Origin: Haliotis cracherodii
Lineage: Eukaryota
Length of the DNA stretch: 64,000 bases
Assembly: GCF_022045235.1 (NCBI RefSeq)
Contig: NW_027266341.1
Coordinates: forward strand, 53,940,001 to 54,004,000
Direction: 5' to 3'
A program made the translations under genes and the position numbers. A model generated the notes under the pieces. That model did no database searches and was not told the DNA's origin. It saw nothing but the letters and a program-made list of their open reading frames with translations. Below are positions 63,956-64,000 of the stretch, one piece after another; the stretch's first letter is position 1, and each line of letters opens with the position of its first letter.

Positions 63956-64000
63956 AGAAAAATGGCTACCCGCCCTCCCGGGCGAGATCTATCTCAAGTC

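Overview
Eukaryotic (animal) genomic DNA, most likely a gastropod mollusc such as abalone; this is inferred from the SINE families and is not proven. From left to right: (1) 1-11970 is a ~202-bp satellite array with higher-order repeats that switches orientation at ~7026. (2) 13254-15576 is a complete four-coding-exon TRAPPC2/sedlin gene whose second coding intron has minor-spliceosome (U12) signals. (3) ~19.2-52.9 kb holds nine copies of an unrecognised three-exon gene that the ORF track shows only in fragments. There is one older copy plus a tandem array of eight ~3.6-kb units. Spliced at GT-AG sites it encodes a 111-aa protein with a Pro/aromatic segment, an acidic Tyr/Trp segment and a cationic amphipathic C-terminal helix. 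Seven copies look intact; copy 2 has lost exon 1 and copy 9 has lost a splice acceptor. (4) The rest is mostly SINEs, MITEs and two decayed mariner transposase remnants. All homology statements come from my own recognition of the sequence; no searches were run.
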